Assembly (NCBI GenBank): GCA_028534125.1
Contig: CM052816.1
Location: forward strand, 41,170,001 to 41,234,000
Direction of reading: 5' to 3'
Source: Lama glama
Taxonomy: Eukaryota
DNA: 64,000 bases
The notes beneath the pieces are model-generated. The model had not been told where the DNA came from. It did no database searches and worked only from the letters and a program-made list of their open reading frames with translations. Made by a program: the position numbers and the translations under genes. Positions within the stretch are counted from its first letter, which is position 1; every line of letters starts with the position of its first letter. Positions 49,561 to 62,794 of the stretch are shown in pieces.

Positions 49561-51439
49561 TATTTGTCAGGTGATAAAGGATTAGGGGTAATAAAACTAG
49601 TAGGTCTAATCTGTAAATATGACAAATGAACAATAAATTACATTTGAGCTTCCTGACAGTCAAGGCAAAGGGGGAAATACATTGAAAGGATTCCCTCCGG
49701 GTAGTTAGGTAGTTTATAACATGCTGATATTTCTTCCTTTTAGGGTATGAATTAGCAGTGAGGTTAATAAGTGTCTATATTGGATACACAAAGAGTAGAC
49801 AAAATTAATTATGCAACCAAAAGGAGAAGAATAAAATCTAACAAGTAAACTGGGTGATGAGGCCTATGCTAGTAGCCTGCTCTGTGGGTTGGTCCAAGTC
49901 ATTTGGGGACCTCAACCAAAGAAGATGGATCTGGACCCTGAGTTACAGAGGCTGCTTCAAGGTGGAGGTAGAGACAGGAGGCAGAAAGAAGGTTAAGGAC
50001 AATTTTGATCGTCACAACAAAGCCTGAAAAGCAGCAGGAAAGTAAAATAAAACCCAAGACATTTCAAACATTAGCAAATGCCATGTATCCAGTAGCATTT
50101 CAGTGATCACAGGAAGTAAATTCTGTATCATGAGGCTTTTATTTATTTTCAGTCAGTTTAAAGACATTCACCTAGTGACAAATATTACCTTTGCACTGAG
50201 GAGGCACACACGAGCTGTGCTCAGAATATTATAAGGCCTGTGAGCAGTTCTGAATTCAGATATATTTGGATCTATTCATTAACTCTGAATTTTAATACCC
50301 AACCAGAAGAGCTGGATGGCTTCCAAGAGTTGCAATGAGAAACGTAACAACCAAAATGCAGTATGTTTTTACAGGAAGTGTTTCTTCCTTCAGATACATT
50401 AAGTCAGCAGTTGTTCACTGTAGGCAGTATTTCTTTATCTGATTTTCATTTTCAACAAGATCAATATTGCCCCCAAATACTTAACAACTTCATTTATATA
50501 ATATATGCTCATTTAACTGAGATCTTAAGTCAAAATACCTGTAAATATCTTCATTAAAATCATTTAATGAAAAATTAAAACTATATATATAACATATACA
50601 TATAATATGTAGGTACAAAAACCAACAAATGTTGGTCAGTATGTGATTACCACTTCCCTTTTAACCTATGTTTTACAAAGATGGGGAATGGTTAAATATA
50701 ATTTAAAAAATTTCTATAGTGACAGAAAAAAAGGACAGAAATAATCAAGTAACTGTCATTTTAAAATAATATTTTAAACAGACTATGTTATAGAAAATTT
50801 TAAGCATAAACTTAGAAGTAAAAGGAAGTTCTCATTTATATGTAAGTTTGGATTTAAATATGCATTATAACAAATGAGATATTTGGTATGGTTTCAAAAG
50901 CATATGTTTCAAAGTTTTTAAAATGGCAATTTTCTTCCAATTTGTAATTTAAAAATAATCCATATTTTATATTCACTTTTTGTCAGTACCCTCTTGTGCA
51001 ATTAAAGAAAGATTAAAAAACCGAACAGTTTAGACCAGTAATCTTTAACTTTGTTTTACTTTAATTTGGAGACTATCACTGCTTTTAAGAATCTTACTAG
51101 GACTCTAAATTCTCTACCCATATTCTGGTTCCCCACACACACTCAAATACACAGCCATCTTATTTCTCTGTATATTATCAGGAAGTTCCCAGTTGTAAGG
51201 AACACCAGCATTCAGGTGAAGAACCCTGGGCCTTGTAATTCTATCATTTTCCTTCTTTCTCCCTTTTCTTTTCTTTCCTTTCCATTTTTGCTTATTAATT
51301 TGTTTTTAATGACAACATGGACCTGAAATCTAAATTTAAAATATGGAGTCTAGAATTTGCCCCCAAGTCTCCTCCATGTGTGTCTAGGAAATTAGGAGCA
51401 TCATTTTTGAAGGTATTTACTTTCCTCCTATCTCCCTTT

Positions 51440-52240
51440 CATTCTCTGTACTTAATCATGTGACAGGCTCTGTCCCTCGTTGCTTCTGGGTGGAGGCACA
51501 CACACAGCAAGGAGAAAAGCAGAAGGAACCTGCAAGAATTCTACACATTTCTCTTCCAAAAGTTCTAGCCTCAGAGAGAGAAAAAAATGATTTGAAAGAA
51601 GGAAGAGGAAGAGAGTTTTCCCCAAATTCAAGAAAGGTCAACCTATTGCCCCAAAGGATGAGAGAGAAACAGGTCTGAGGGCTCTGGACTTAGGCAGACC
51701 AAGGCCCGATTCTCTGGTGGTGCCCAAGAGAGTTATAGAGACCTAAAAGAAAGAATTTTTAGATTCCGTAAGGCAACCAGATCATAGCAACAGGATGCCC
51801 CGCCTCCCAGCAGCCCTGAAGGGGAGCTGGCCCGGACCACCACACCTCCACAAGAACCCCTATGAGCTGCTAACTGATAGCTACTGGATCATCCCCACAC
51901 ACTGTGGCCCTACACAAAAGCCCGAATACTAACAAGAGAGAGGTGGAAGGGAGGGCAAATCTCCAAGACTGACAAAAGTTTAATTCCTCATCAGAGCAGA
52001 TGGATGGGGCTTCCAATTCAGAGAAAATTGATTCATCCTACTGTATAGCACAGGGAACTATATTCAATACCTTGTAATAGCCTATCATGAAAAAGAATGT
52101 GGAAAGGGATATACATGTATAACTGAATCACTATATTGTACACCAGAAATTAACACAACATTGTAAATCACCTACACTTCAATTTTAAAAAAAAGTAAAT
52201 TGATCCAAAGAAAAGATTGCTTTATAAACTAACTGGATTT
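51440..52240 (+). mobile_element. Ancient LTR-like element (LTR78-like), carrying an L1 tail
   Basis: GC/purine-rich body (aaaagttctagcctcagagagag, ccagatcatagcaacaggatgccc). Uncertain family. Confidence 0.35.
52036..52196 (+). mobile_element. 5'-truncated artiodactyl-type L1 3' end
   Basis: tcctactgtatagcacagggaactatattcaatacc...acacaacattgtaaatcacctacacttcaatttt plus A tail. TSD aaattgattca (52025-52035) / aaattgatcca (52197-52207). Confidence 0.9.
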
Positions 52241-52489
52241 TTAAAAATCTAGCTATACTGTTTTAGGGTGAAAACCTAAAACATACTTTCTCAAACATAC
52301 AAAATATTCTTAAAAGTTACATCATCCAATACTAACCAAAGGAAGCTCAAGCAGCCGGATAAATTCTGGACAAAACAGACTTTAAGGCAGAAAACAAAAC
52401 AAAACATTACTGGGGTTAAATAACGTCATAAGAAAATTATAAAAGGAATGCTTCACTAAGAAGTTCTAGAAATCTACGGACTGAACACA

Positions 52490-53660
52490 GCTGTCCTCAG
52501 TGCCTTCAACTATGTATTAAAGCGGCAGGTTTCCTTGGGAGCACCCCAGGCTCAGTTGTCGGACACTCACTCTTCACTGTCTACATCCACTTTCTTAGTG
52601 ATCTCATCCAGTCTCATGGCTTTAAATACCATGTACATATGCTGGCATCTCCCAAACTGAAATTCTCAGCCCCTCTCTCTCTCCTGAACTCCACATACGT
52701 ATATCCAACTGCGTTCACTGCTCCGATATCTAACAGTCCTGTCTAACTGACCTAACCTGCCTGCAACTGAGCACCTGATGGGCCATCCAAACCCACTCCC
52801 TATTGGCTTCCCACACCACTGTCAACAGCAAGGCCATTCTCCCAGATGCTCAGACTCAGTTGTCATCGACTCCCCTCTGACTGCCACACCCGACGTTCAA
52901 TCTATCCAGATTCCCATGAGTTCTCACTCACTTCATTATCATCAGGGTCCAAATCACCTTCGTCTGCAAACTCTTATTTTCCAATTGCTTCCCATAGTCC
53001 ACTCTTAACATGGCAACTAGAGAGATCCCTGTAAAACTAAGTCAGACTGTATCACTCCTCTGCTCAGAATGCTCCAGTGGCTTCCCATCCCATTCTGAGT
53101 GAAAACCAGCCTTCACAGTGATGACCTGGCCCTACCCCCCATCCAGTCCATTACCTCTCCACCCCCATCTCTTACTGCTCTCCTCTGACTACTCCATTCC
53201 GGCCCCATTGGCCTCTTTGACCTTCTTCCCCCTTGATAACAGGGTATTTGTGATCCTCCCATCTCCAGTATTCAAGTGTGGAGTTGGCACATTTTCACCT
53301 CACTTGTTCCCTCAGCCTGGAATACTCCAACGACAGACAGACATTCACAGGACGTGTTCCCTCACTTGCTTCAGGACTTGACTCAGATATCACATGCTCA
53401 ATGTGGCCTTCCCCATATAGCCTTTTTAAAATTGATCCCCCCAACACTCTCTATTCCCTTTCCCAGTTTTTTTTTCTATATCACTAAATAATAGAAAAAT
53501 ATATATTGCACGCCGATTTTTTTTTTTTTTGGTTGATTTTCCCCTTGCTAGACTATAAGCTCTATGAAGGAACTTTTTTTTTTTTTTTTGGTTAATGACC
53601 TACTTCCTCTCCAGTGCTTTTAAAGTCCCCTATCATCTAATAAATAATTTTTGGATAAAA
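52490..53660 (+). mobile_element. L2 3' region
   Basis: tgatctcatccagtctcatggctttaaataccatgtacatatgctg; gctcagaatgctccagtggcttccc; ctagactataagctctatgaagg. Confidence 0.85.
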
Positions 53661-53697
53661 GTTGTTTTATCAATTTATGCATATATTCAAGGCTGTG

Positions 53698-53900
53698 GAA
53701 GCAGCATGGTGCAGAGGAAATTAATTAAATTTGGATCAAGAGGATATTATTTTAAATCTGGCTTCTAAACTTCACTGACAAATTAGCTCAATTCTCTGAG
53801 CTGCAGTTTTCTAATCTATAAAATGGGAATTTAAAAAAAAATCTTTCCTCAGTCAGATACTGTACGAATTAAATTGAGACAACGTATGTCATCAACAATT
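53698..53900 (+). mobile_element. MIR SINE
   Basis: gaagcagcatggtgcagaggaaa...ctctgagctgcagttttctaatctataaaatggg. Confidence 0.75.
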
Positions 53901-54263
53901 TGACCAGATGGAGACAGCTTAGTTAGGCAGTTTTTTTTTAAATTTTCACTTGCATGTATTTCCAGAAGTCATATACTGTTCTGTTCCCACTTGACATGTT
54001 TGGTACCTGCCTGATCCATGAGGCATTTGAGTTTGAGCCCTGAGAAATATTCCATACATATTAGTTTCCTGCAGTGAACACTGAGGTTAAAGTTCCTTGA
54101 AAAACAAGACACGTTTTGCAAAGGATCAATCTGTTTTCATATATAGAGAAAGCCCTGAAGTGTTCCTCAGAACATAGTAAGTTCTGCGAAAAAGGGAAGG
54201 AAAAAAAAAGACAGAACTGATGAAGTAGCAGCTCCCGCACTATAGTCCGTCTACAGACCAAGG

Positions 54264-54427
54264 GAAACCGAAAGCAGTAAGAAATACTCTGCTGTAGCAG
54301 AAAGAAAGCTGCAGGCTGTGGACAGGCCCCTGTAAGTCAGCTCTGAAACCGCCATCAAAAAGCATTAGCGGTCACAAAGAAAATACAAACAATAAAACAT
54401 AATGACAGGCAGAGGGGAAACAGAAAC
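54264..54427 (+). promoter_or_regulatory. Pair of ISRE/IRF-like motifs in non-repeat sequence
   Basis: GAAACCGAAAG (54264-54274) and GAAACAGAAAC (54417-54427), both GAAANNGAAAS. Motif match only. Confidence 0.3.
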
Positions 54428-55084
54428 CTCTTAATGTTGAGCAGCCAAAATAGTCTAGTTAGGGGCTGAAATAATTTGAAGGTTTTCCTTTTGTGGGTTT
54501 AAAATGAGATTGAAAGAGGGAGCTTCACTATCTTTTATCCCCCAAATATGTGTGTAGGCATAAAATATCTAGCTCTATTTTCTCGACAGGTTTTACTGAG
54601 GTGTCCAACCAAGTGAAAAGCGCCAGCCATTGGGGAAAGCTGCTGTGAACATTTTCTCTTTGCAGGTTTTGTTTTTGTAGCTGGTGGGAGGTTTGGTTTG
54701 GGGCTTTTTTTTTTTCCCCCATGTAGTAGCCTAAGATTCATTTGAGTCTCATGGCAACCTTTCTCTTCATTTCTCACAAAGCAACAGTGAAATTACTGTA
54801 CTTTTATGGTTTAAAAAAAAATCACTCCATTGCTGATCTTTTTAACCTATGAAACTTCAAACAGAACAAATCTCAAAACTAAGTGTCCAGTTTTCACTTA
54901 AGATGGAAGATAAATTTCAGCTTGTTACAAACCGAACAATTGTCTTGTTAAAATGAACAAACATGGAATTAGCTGTCACATGTCTTCACCAAAGCAGCAA
55001 ATGAGAATGTTCATAAATGCGGCCCTGCCATCAGGTGACAGCCTTGGCCCTAAACAAAACAGGTCTAAACAAAACATCACTTAG

Positions 55085-55779
55085 TAAAATGGAGCAGGCC
55101 CCTATGGGGTCTTCCTAGGACAGACTCCCCCGCAACCCTGTGTCCTCTGCCTGCCTCTTGTCTATAGAAAGACTTTAGTCAGAGAATGTTTAATCAGAGA
55201 AGTAAGAAAATACAGAAACAAATGGAAATAGTCAGGCCAAACAAAATGATAACAGTATAGTCATTAAACAAAGTTAAGGACTTTTAGTTCCTCAAGGGCT
55301 GTATGTAACATTCTGAGCTATGTCCTTCAAGCTGTGTTGTAGATGCTGAAAGCCCCACCAGGTGGAGGAAGTTAACTACTTGATGACCAGACTGCAGCCA
55401 TTACATAAGCTGCCACAATTCTGAGAATAGGCCTCCAAGAAATAGAAACAAACCAATCCTGGAACTGAAGATTAACTGTACTTAAAACAATCACACTGAT
55501 GCTAGTCAGACCACCACGTTACTAATTTCAAAATGGCTGTCAGCACTGACTGCTGTTCTGCACGTAGCCCCCTCCCTCTGCCTGTACACCCCGGAAACTC
55601 CCCTTTAAAAGCTCTTGCCCACTCATCAGCAGTAGGAAGTTGGTCTTTGGACAGAAGTCCCCTCCCTCTGCTCTGGACGCTGGCCTCTGGAATAAAGCAA
55701 ACTTTCCTTTCTGCTAACACGTGCCTCTATTTGTATTGCCTTTCCAACGGCGAGCAGCCGGACCTGCATTTCAGTAACA
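55085..55779 (+). mobile_element. ERV1-class solo LTR
   Basis: TATA-like ccctttaaaag, aataaa at ~55691, end ...cagtaaca; 4-bp TSD ttag at 55081-55084 / 55780-55783. Confidence 0.85.
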
Positions 55780-56849
55780 TTAGGGCACTCACACTAACTC
55801 CTGAGGTGATACCCACACAGCTGTTTTCCTCCCAACATCAGACAAACTACAAGCGAGGTATATTCCAGACGATATCACTGTCTATGCTCAAGGGTTTTCA
55901 GATAATTCAGACTCAGAACACTTAAGTAACATGTCCAAGTTCACACAACTCAAAAGTAGCAGAGCCAGGATTTCCATTCAAGTCCACCTAATGCCATGTC
56001 CAGTCCCACTGCTCAGCCTCTCAGTCCAGCATTCCCCTTTCCACAAACAACCCATATTTTGTTCATTAAGGTTTAGGTCTCATCTGTACTTGTGACCCTT
56101 AGACCCCAGTGTAACATCTTCTTCTGTAGTCCCAGGTTGGGAAAATCTCAAAAGCAACCCTAAGATAATTGATGGTGAGAGGAAACCACACCCCGAATGC
56201 CACAGCACCAGCTGTGTCTTCTAATTAACCAAGAAGCTAGTCTGCACCCTCATTTAGTGCTGACAAACTACAAAGCAACCCAACTGACCACTAGAAAATA
56301 CTATGAGTTACACAGGGTTGAGTTTGCCAGTGGGAAGAAAATGGAACATTTGGAGACAGATCAAATGAGCAAAGTCAATAAATACTATTTTTTGGTTCCT
56401 AGAAAGTATTCTTACAGTACTCCTGTGATTGGGTATGATGTAACAGTGCTGTAAGATAGAGGGGTAATTTGCACAGGTTGAAGTATGTGAAATAAACAGA
56501 AGCTTTGCTCTATCCAATCTAGATGTTGCTTTTAGATCCAAATTTTGCTCCCTCCTGGGAAAGCAAATGTGATGGGGGATGCTGCAGGTACACTACCCTT
56601 TACGACAGACAGTATGTAGACAGGAAGCGTAAACAAGTCTTCTCATTGGGAGTATTCTGTTTATGGCCCAGATTAATTTAAAACATAATTACCTCAGTCT
56701 CTAAAAAATGTAACCTTTCTTTTTCTCTGAAGAGAATGCAAAGGACTGACTAAACAAAGACAAACTCAAAAGTTCACTTCTATTACTTTAACTGATTATA
56801 ATAACTCTTACACAATTATTTCACCTGATCTGGTTACAGCATTTATTAC

Positions 56850-57288
56850 TGAATGATCAGGCCACTCAGAATGGCTGTCCTCTTGCTCTCTGTCCATCCC
56901 CTGCTCAACCAGTGCTTGCTTCATCTATACGCTACTCACATGACTGACCTTCCCACACACTTGCCCCAGACCCCAGCTTGTGATTGTTCTCAAAGGGGCC
57001 ATGATGGGTGTGCCTCTCGGCTGGTTTCCCTGGTAATCGATGAGCCAACCTGAAGTAACTCCCCCTATAACTCGTAACCTTCCCCTGCCCTGGGGAGCAA
57101 AGGCTGCCACCCTGTCCTGCCATCCCTCCACCGCACATGGTGGGCTATCGCTCCAGGATCTTGCTTCCAACACGTAAGCTCCCCCATCCATTAAGGCACT
57201 GATGTCTCTGTCACTGACTCCGGGCTCTTTCTTCCATCTTGATGCTGGGTGAGCACAGGCCTGTAAGCCTGCGGGGTGCAGCCCAACA
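56850..57288 (+). mobile_element. Solo LTR with 5-bp TSD (ERVL-class-like)
   Basis: TG...CA termini (tgaatgatc...gcagcccaaca), cccctataac TATA-like, attaag poly(A)-signal remnant; TSD attac (56845-56849) / attat (57289-57293). Confidence 0.8.
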
Positions 57289-57899
57289 ATTATGTTGTCT
57301 TTTGCAATTGTGTATGAACAGTTCATACTTGAACTTAAAATCTCACTACCAAGTTACCTAAAGAAGTAGCTTTTGTCTTTTTCTTTCAAGCTTTGGCATC
57401 TCTTTGATGGCCCTGTCTCTCCAGTCACATCAAGGAGCTAAAAATAGGAAAACAGATGCTGTTCTTTTTCAATTGCTGCTCCCCTTCTGTATTTCAGGCT
57501 TTCAAAGTCAGCTGTGAAATTATTTATGACACAGACACACATTGTCACTGCTGTATAAATCGGGTACTATCATTTATTTAAAAAGACCAACCAAAAAATG
57601 GTTTAAGGAACAAAGGCTGGATAAAGATCTAAGCTACACCTAGCCTACCCACGGCTGAGACTCGGAGATCCACTCACTCGTGTGAGGTCACCTTTCCCCC
57701 ATCAGAGGTCAGGAATGCACTGACTGAACCCCTCTCCTGAGACAGTGATCCCGACCACTCCAGGTCTGCTGCCTCCATCAGCTACTAGGTCATCAGTTCA
57801 AGAATAAAACCCAGCTGTGCCAGATTTCTACAGCTCTGTTGAAAGGTATCCAGAAAAGCCTGGAGACCAACCCTTCCCTAACCTCCAACACTCACAGCC

Positions 57900-60310
57900 A
57901 CTAACTTTCTTGAATCCACCAGGGTCCGTCTTCTGGTGCTGTTCATCCTGATTGACATCAGTCAACACTAGCATCTTCAGACTCTCGGGTCCTTCCTCAT
58001 TTCCCATGCTTTAACATCACTCCTCTTTCTGACCTGTACCTCCCTCCCCCATTCACATACACCTATCTTTGACACTTTACCCTTGCGCATTCTAGAATCA
58101 AAGTCTGCCAGCTGCAAAGTTCTCTATATTCCCTATCTTCTCAGCATTCCCCTCACCTTCTGGCTGCATATAGCTGAAGCCTGACTTCCCCTAAGAACCT
58201 TGCTTCCCACCAGTCCTCTAAAATGCTTGTCTTTTTCCCATGGACTGAGCTTAGAGGTGAGGCAGTGTACCATCTGCTTCTTTCCTCATTGCTTCTTTCT
58301 CCCTCTCACTCTCTAAAGCTCCAGCTATGAGAAACATCCAATCATGGAACAAATTCCATGTTACCAGACTGCTAGCCTTACAAAGGCCTGCTTGCAAAGT
58401 TAGCCCTTGGCTGGCATCTGGGAACTTGAATTTCAAGAGAGTTCCAACCATTCTCCCATTCCCCGATAAGAATGGCTCACTGAGCCTCAAGTGTTTGTGC
58501 AAACAATATGGTTTATTCTGAACACCTGCTTTCCTTCTGGAAGTTTGAAATTTTAATACATGCTAGGCAGAGGAGGCCTACAAAACCAGACCCCAATAAA
58601 ACCCTGGGCAATGAGTCTCTAATGAGCTTCTTTAATTGACAGCATTTCACATGTGTTGTCACAACTGGTTGCTGAAGAAATTGAGCACATCCTGTGTGAC
58701 TCCACTGGGAACTACTCTTGAAAGCATGCACCTGCTTTCTTAAGGACTTTGCCTCGGGTGCCTCTTCTCTTTGCTGACTTTGTTTTGTATCCCTTCGCTG
58801 TAATGAATCATAGAAGTGACTACAACTCTCCTCAATCAGTCTTCCTAGCAAATCATAGGATGTAGGGGTGGTCTTGGAGATGCCTGAAACATCTTGCCGT
58901 TATGCTGTATTTCCCTAGACCACTTCCTCTCCTAGAGGATGACCATACACCTCTAGTCTCCTCTCAAGCATCCAATACCTCCTCCCTGGCTCTGTCAGCC
59001 TATGACCCTGTTTCCTAATTCTTTGATAAAATTCAGCAATCAATCAACAGAGAACTGCAACAGAGCTCCACTTTCACATCTACACACACCAGCACCTGCC
59101 TCTCTACACCTTGACCTTCCTTCCTTCTTTCTTATTAATAGAGGGGAATTCTCTGTTCATGTTTAAAACCAATCCCTTGACTTCTCAAGGACCTTCTCAC
59201 CTACTTAAGCAATGTCCTTAAGTGATTGTCCCTCTTTTTTCTGCATCAAACCCCCCTTCTATTGAATCTTTCCCATCAACATGCAAAGATGCCATTATTT
59301 CTTTAAAGAATTCTCTTGGACCCATTTCCCCAGCTACCCCAGCTAGCTTTTTGCTTTTTTTTTTTTTTTTTTTTTTTTTGCTCCTCTTTGCAGTAGAATA
59401 CCCGAAAAGTTGTTTGTATTTGTTTCCAACTTCTCTTCGCATTCTGGATTTAACCTGCATCATTAAAGAGTAACTTTCCCTTATCAATGTCATCAACGTC
59501 ACATCATATTTGCCTTTGACCACATTTGAAATTGTCAATCACTTCTGCCTCCCAGGTACACTTCTCTTCATTTAGCTCTTAGGGTGAACTATTCTTAGTT
59601 TTCCTCCTACTTCAACCAATGATTCTTCTCAGTATCTTTAGTTGCTTCCTTCTAATTTTCTCAAACTTTTACTGTTAAACTACCTCAGGGCAAATGAGTT
59701 CACTAAAATTTGGAGGTTCATTTCATTTTCTCTTCCATTTTTTTTTTTGTGCTAATGATTCCCAAACTTAAATATCTAATGCTGCCTCTCTTCTGAAATC
59801 CCAATTCATATTTCCAGGTGCTTGCTTCGTATTTCTAGTTAGATGACTAGTAGATACCTCAAACTTAACATGTACCAAACTGGACTCCTATTCTTTCCAA
59901 AACTGCTCCATCCACAGTCTTCATCATCTCAGCTGGTATCAATTCTTTCCTTCCAGTTGTTCAAGTCAAAAACCTTAATGTCAACTTTAACCTCTCTTTG
60001 GCTTTACAAACCAGCAAAAATTCTTACTGGCGTTACCTGCAAAATGCATGTAGAATCTGACGGACTGATGGATTTTCACCACCTTCTCTCTACCTCTCTG
60101 GTCCAAGACACCATCACCTCTTATCTGGATTTCAGCTCTAGACTTCTAGCAGTTTTTGCTACTTCCATGCTTTCCTCTCAGCTTTTGTCAACATAGCATC
60201 AAGAGGGATCCTTTCTAAACTAAAGTCAGATATGTCATACCTCAGCCCAAAACCCTGTTGTGTGCTCCTAATTCCCTCAGGGTAAAAGCCAAAACATTGT
60301 GACCCCATTC
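57900..60310 (+). mobile_element. Long L2 fragment, interrupted by a MER68-like LTR
   Basis: Pyrimidine-rich L2 body: ttagttttcctcctacttc, acctcaaacttaacatgtaccaaactggactcc, ctctggtccaagacaccatcacctcttatctggat. Confidence 0.75.
58345..58891 (+). mobile_element. MER68-like ERVL LTR
   Basis: agactgctagccttacaaaggcctgcttgcaaagttagcccttggctggcatctgggaacttg; ccaataaaaccctggg; ggggtggtcttggagatgcctgaaaca end. Confidence 0.8.
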
Positions 60311-62180
60311 CGCATTATCTGACTTGAAAGTACCAGGAGTCATCACTTAGAAATCCACCTTTTGAGAGCCCGTGGTTTAGTGAAAGTATCCTTTCATATA
60401 CAGGAAAAGTAGTAAGTGGAAAAAAGGCCGTAAGTTTTTCTTCCTTGCAAGGAGCTAAATCTCTGCTTTTCTTCTTCAGCTAGATTTCTTATTTGTTACA
60501 GTAAAATTCTAAAAGAAAATTATAATGGGGCTTAAGGAGAGTTGTTATATAAAGGAAAAAAGCTTAGAATGCTAGAGGTGGTAAGAAAATAAGAGTTTAA
60601 ATATTCCAAGTCTCTAAATGTTAACTAAATTCAAACTTTGGTGTTGTGGAGAAAGTAGTGGGAAGCAAAGGAGGAAGTGGGTGGGAGGAGGGGGACAGAG
60701 AAAGACAGAAAGAGAGAGAGAGAGAAACCCTACTCAGATGTTATGGTTCCATCAGTTACCTGATAAGAAATTTTATCAATTTGGGGGAACTTATTTCAAG
60801 TCTCAGAGACTTTGGTTTTTTGGGATTTTTTTTTTTTTGGTTTTTTGTTTGTTTTGTTTTTGTTTTGTCTTTTGGTTAAGAATATGTCGATACCCTGCCT
60901 TATGCCATATACAAAAATTAACTCAAATGAATCAAAGACCAACACAGAAAAGCTAAATGCTTAAAATTCTTAGAATAAAACATAGGGGGAAAGATTCTTG
61001 ATCTTTGAATTTGGCAATGATTTCTTGGAGATGGAAAAAAAATTGGAATTCATTAAAAGTTAAAACCTTTGTGAAAAGGACACAATCAAGTGAGAAGGCA
61101 ATCCACATAATGGAAGAAAATACTGGGAGAAAACAAGGATTAATCCAAGTGAAGGGCAAACAGGTGTTTATGGTACCCTTTCAACTTCTCTGTAGGTTTG
61201 GAAAACATAATAAAAAAATTTGGAGAAATGAGATCTGTGTGCTGCTCTTAAAATATTATATAAAGTAAGTATTCTCTATTCATTTTTCAATTGAGATATA
61301 TCATTGGCAACATTTGCATATGTATAATTGTTTCCTTGAAAAAATACATTTTGTTTTGCCCTGTTGACTCCCAATAAGGAACATTCATACGATATTGTAT
61401 ATCTGATTAGAGTAATATCCAGAGTATATAAAGAACACCTAACAACTCAACAACAACCCTATTAAAAGATGGACAAAGGGTTTGAATAGACTTTTTTCAA
61501 AAGATATACAACTGGCTGGGAAGCACATGACAAGACGCTTAACATCACTCATCATTAGAGAAATGCAAATCAATGGATGAACCTTGAAGAAATGCTAAGT
61601 GAAAAAAGCCAGTCACAAAAGGACAAATGTATGGTTCTCCATGTCTGTGACATCCAGAGAAGTCAAATTAATAAAGACAGAGCAAAATGGTGGTTGTCAG
61701 GGGCTGGGTGGAGTGGAGAATGAGGTTGTTGTTTCATGGGTGTGGGGCTTCAGTTTGGGAAGATGAAAAATTCTGAAAATGGATAGAGATGATTGCACAG
61801 CACTGAATGGATTTGATGCCACTATGCTGTGTTTTCTCAGATTCTGTATTTGCCTACTTGACATCCATTCATCACAGGGCAAATTATATTAAATATGTTT
61901 GGGTTTTTTTCCTGTATGTTGATGCTGTGGCATTTGTGAGAAACCACCTGTCCCAGGCTGGCCAATTTTTAGAGACAACAAAGGGCTCAGCTGGGAGCAC
62001 GACTTTCATATACAAACTAACCAATCCAGAGCCACACCTGTATCTGGCCCAGACACTCCAGAAGGAGAGAACATTTTTCTCTGCCTTAATTACCCCAAGA
62101 CAAGTAGGAATCATGCCTACGGCCCAAAGCTCTTCAAAATTACTCCAATTAGACAATCTTGAACTATTTACCCTGTCCTA

Positions 62181-62794
62181 TGTTCAAGAAAAAATTATTT
62201 ATGACATCTGCTACAGTATCATAGACTTTATCCAGGACCAACCATCACAACAGGTATAGGAACCACTGCCGTGGGATGCTACAGTGGGGAGAGAGACTGG
62301 ACTCAACTCTGAACGCAGCACAGGCAAGTGGGAATTTACAGCCAAGGAGCTGAGTGAAGACCAATGGAAGGGAATTAGTAAGAGAAAACATCCAGGTTAA
62401 GGGGTGTTCTGGCTAGAAAGACCTAACAGAATTATTGCTCAAGACAGGCCACAGTGATCAGACAACATCTGAGGGACAGCAGAGCATAAGGAACCCGATT
62501 AAATATTAAGAGTATTTAGGGAAGGTATAGCTCGGTGGTAGAGTGCATGCCTAGCCTGCATAAGGTTCTGGGTTCAATCCCCAGTACCTCCAAATAAATA
62601 AGTAAACCTAATTACTCCCCTCACAAAAATACATGTATCTATATCAAAAGTATTCAGATCTGGAGGGTAAGGAATTCTTGCTAAACAGACTTCACAAGGT
62701 TCTTGCTAAAACTTGATTTTACAAGGAAGTGACCAGAGGGACCTGGAAGTTTCAAAAGCCTCACTAAAGTTTGGTCAAGCAAGGATTCTTTGCA
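62181..62794 (-). mobile_element. MER67-like ERV1 LTR
   Basis: Minus-strand start tgcaaagaatccttgcttgaccaaactttagtgagg; other end tgttcaagaaaaaattattt on the plus strand. Confidence 0.75.
62519..62640 (+). mobile_element. tRNA-derived SINE, vic-1-like (camelid)
   Basis: GGGAAGGTATAGCTCGGTGGTAGAG...GGGTTCAATCCCCAGTACCTCCAAATAAATAAGTAAACCTAATTAC; TSD-like atattaagagtattta (62503-62518) / atatcaaaagtattca (62641-62656). Confidence 0.85.
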
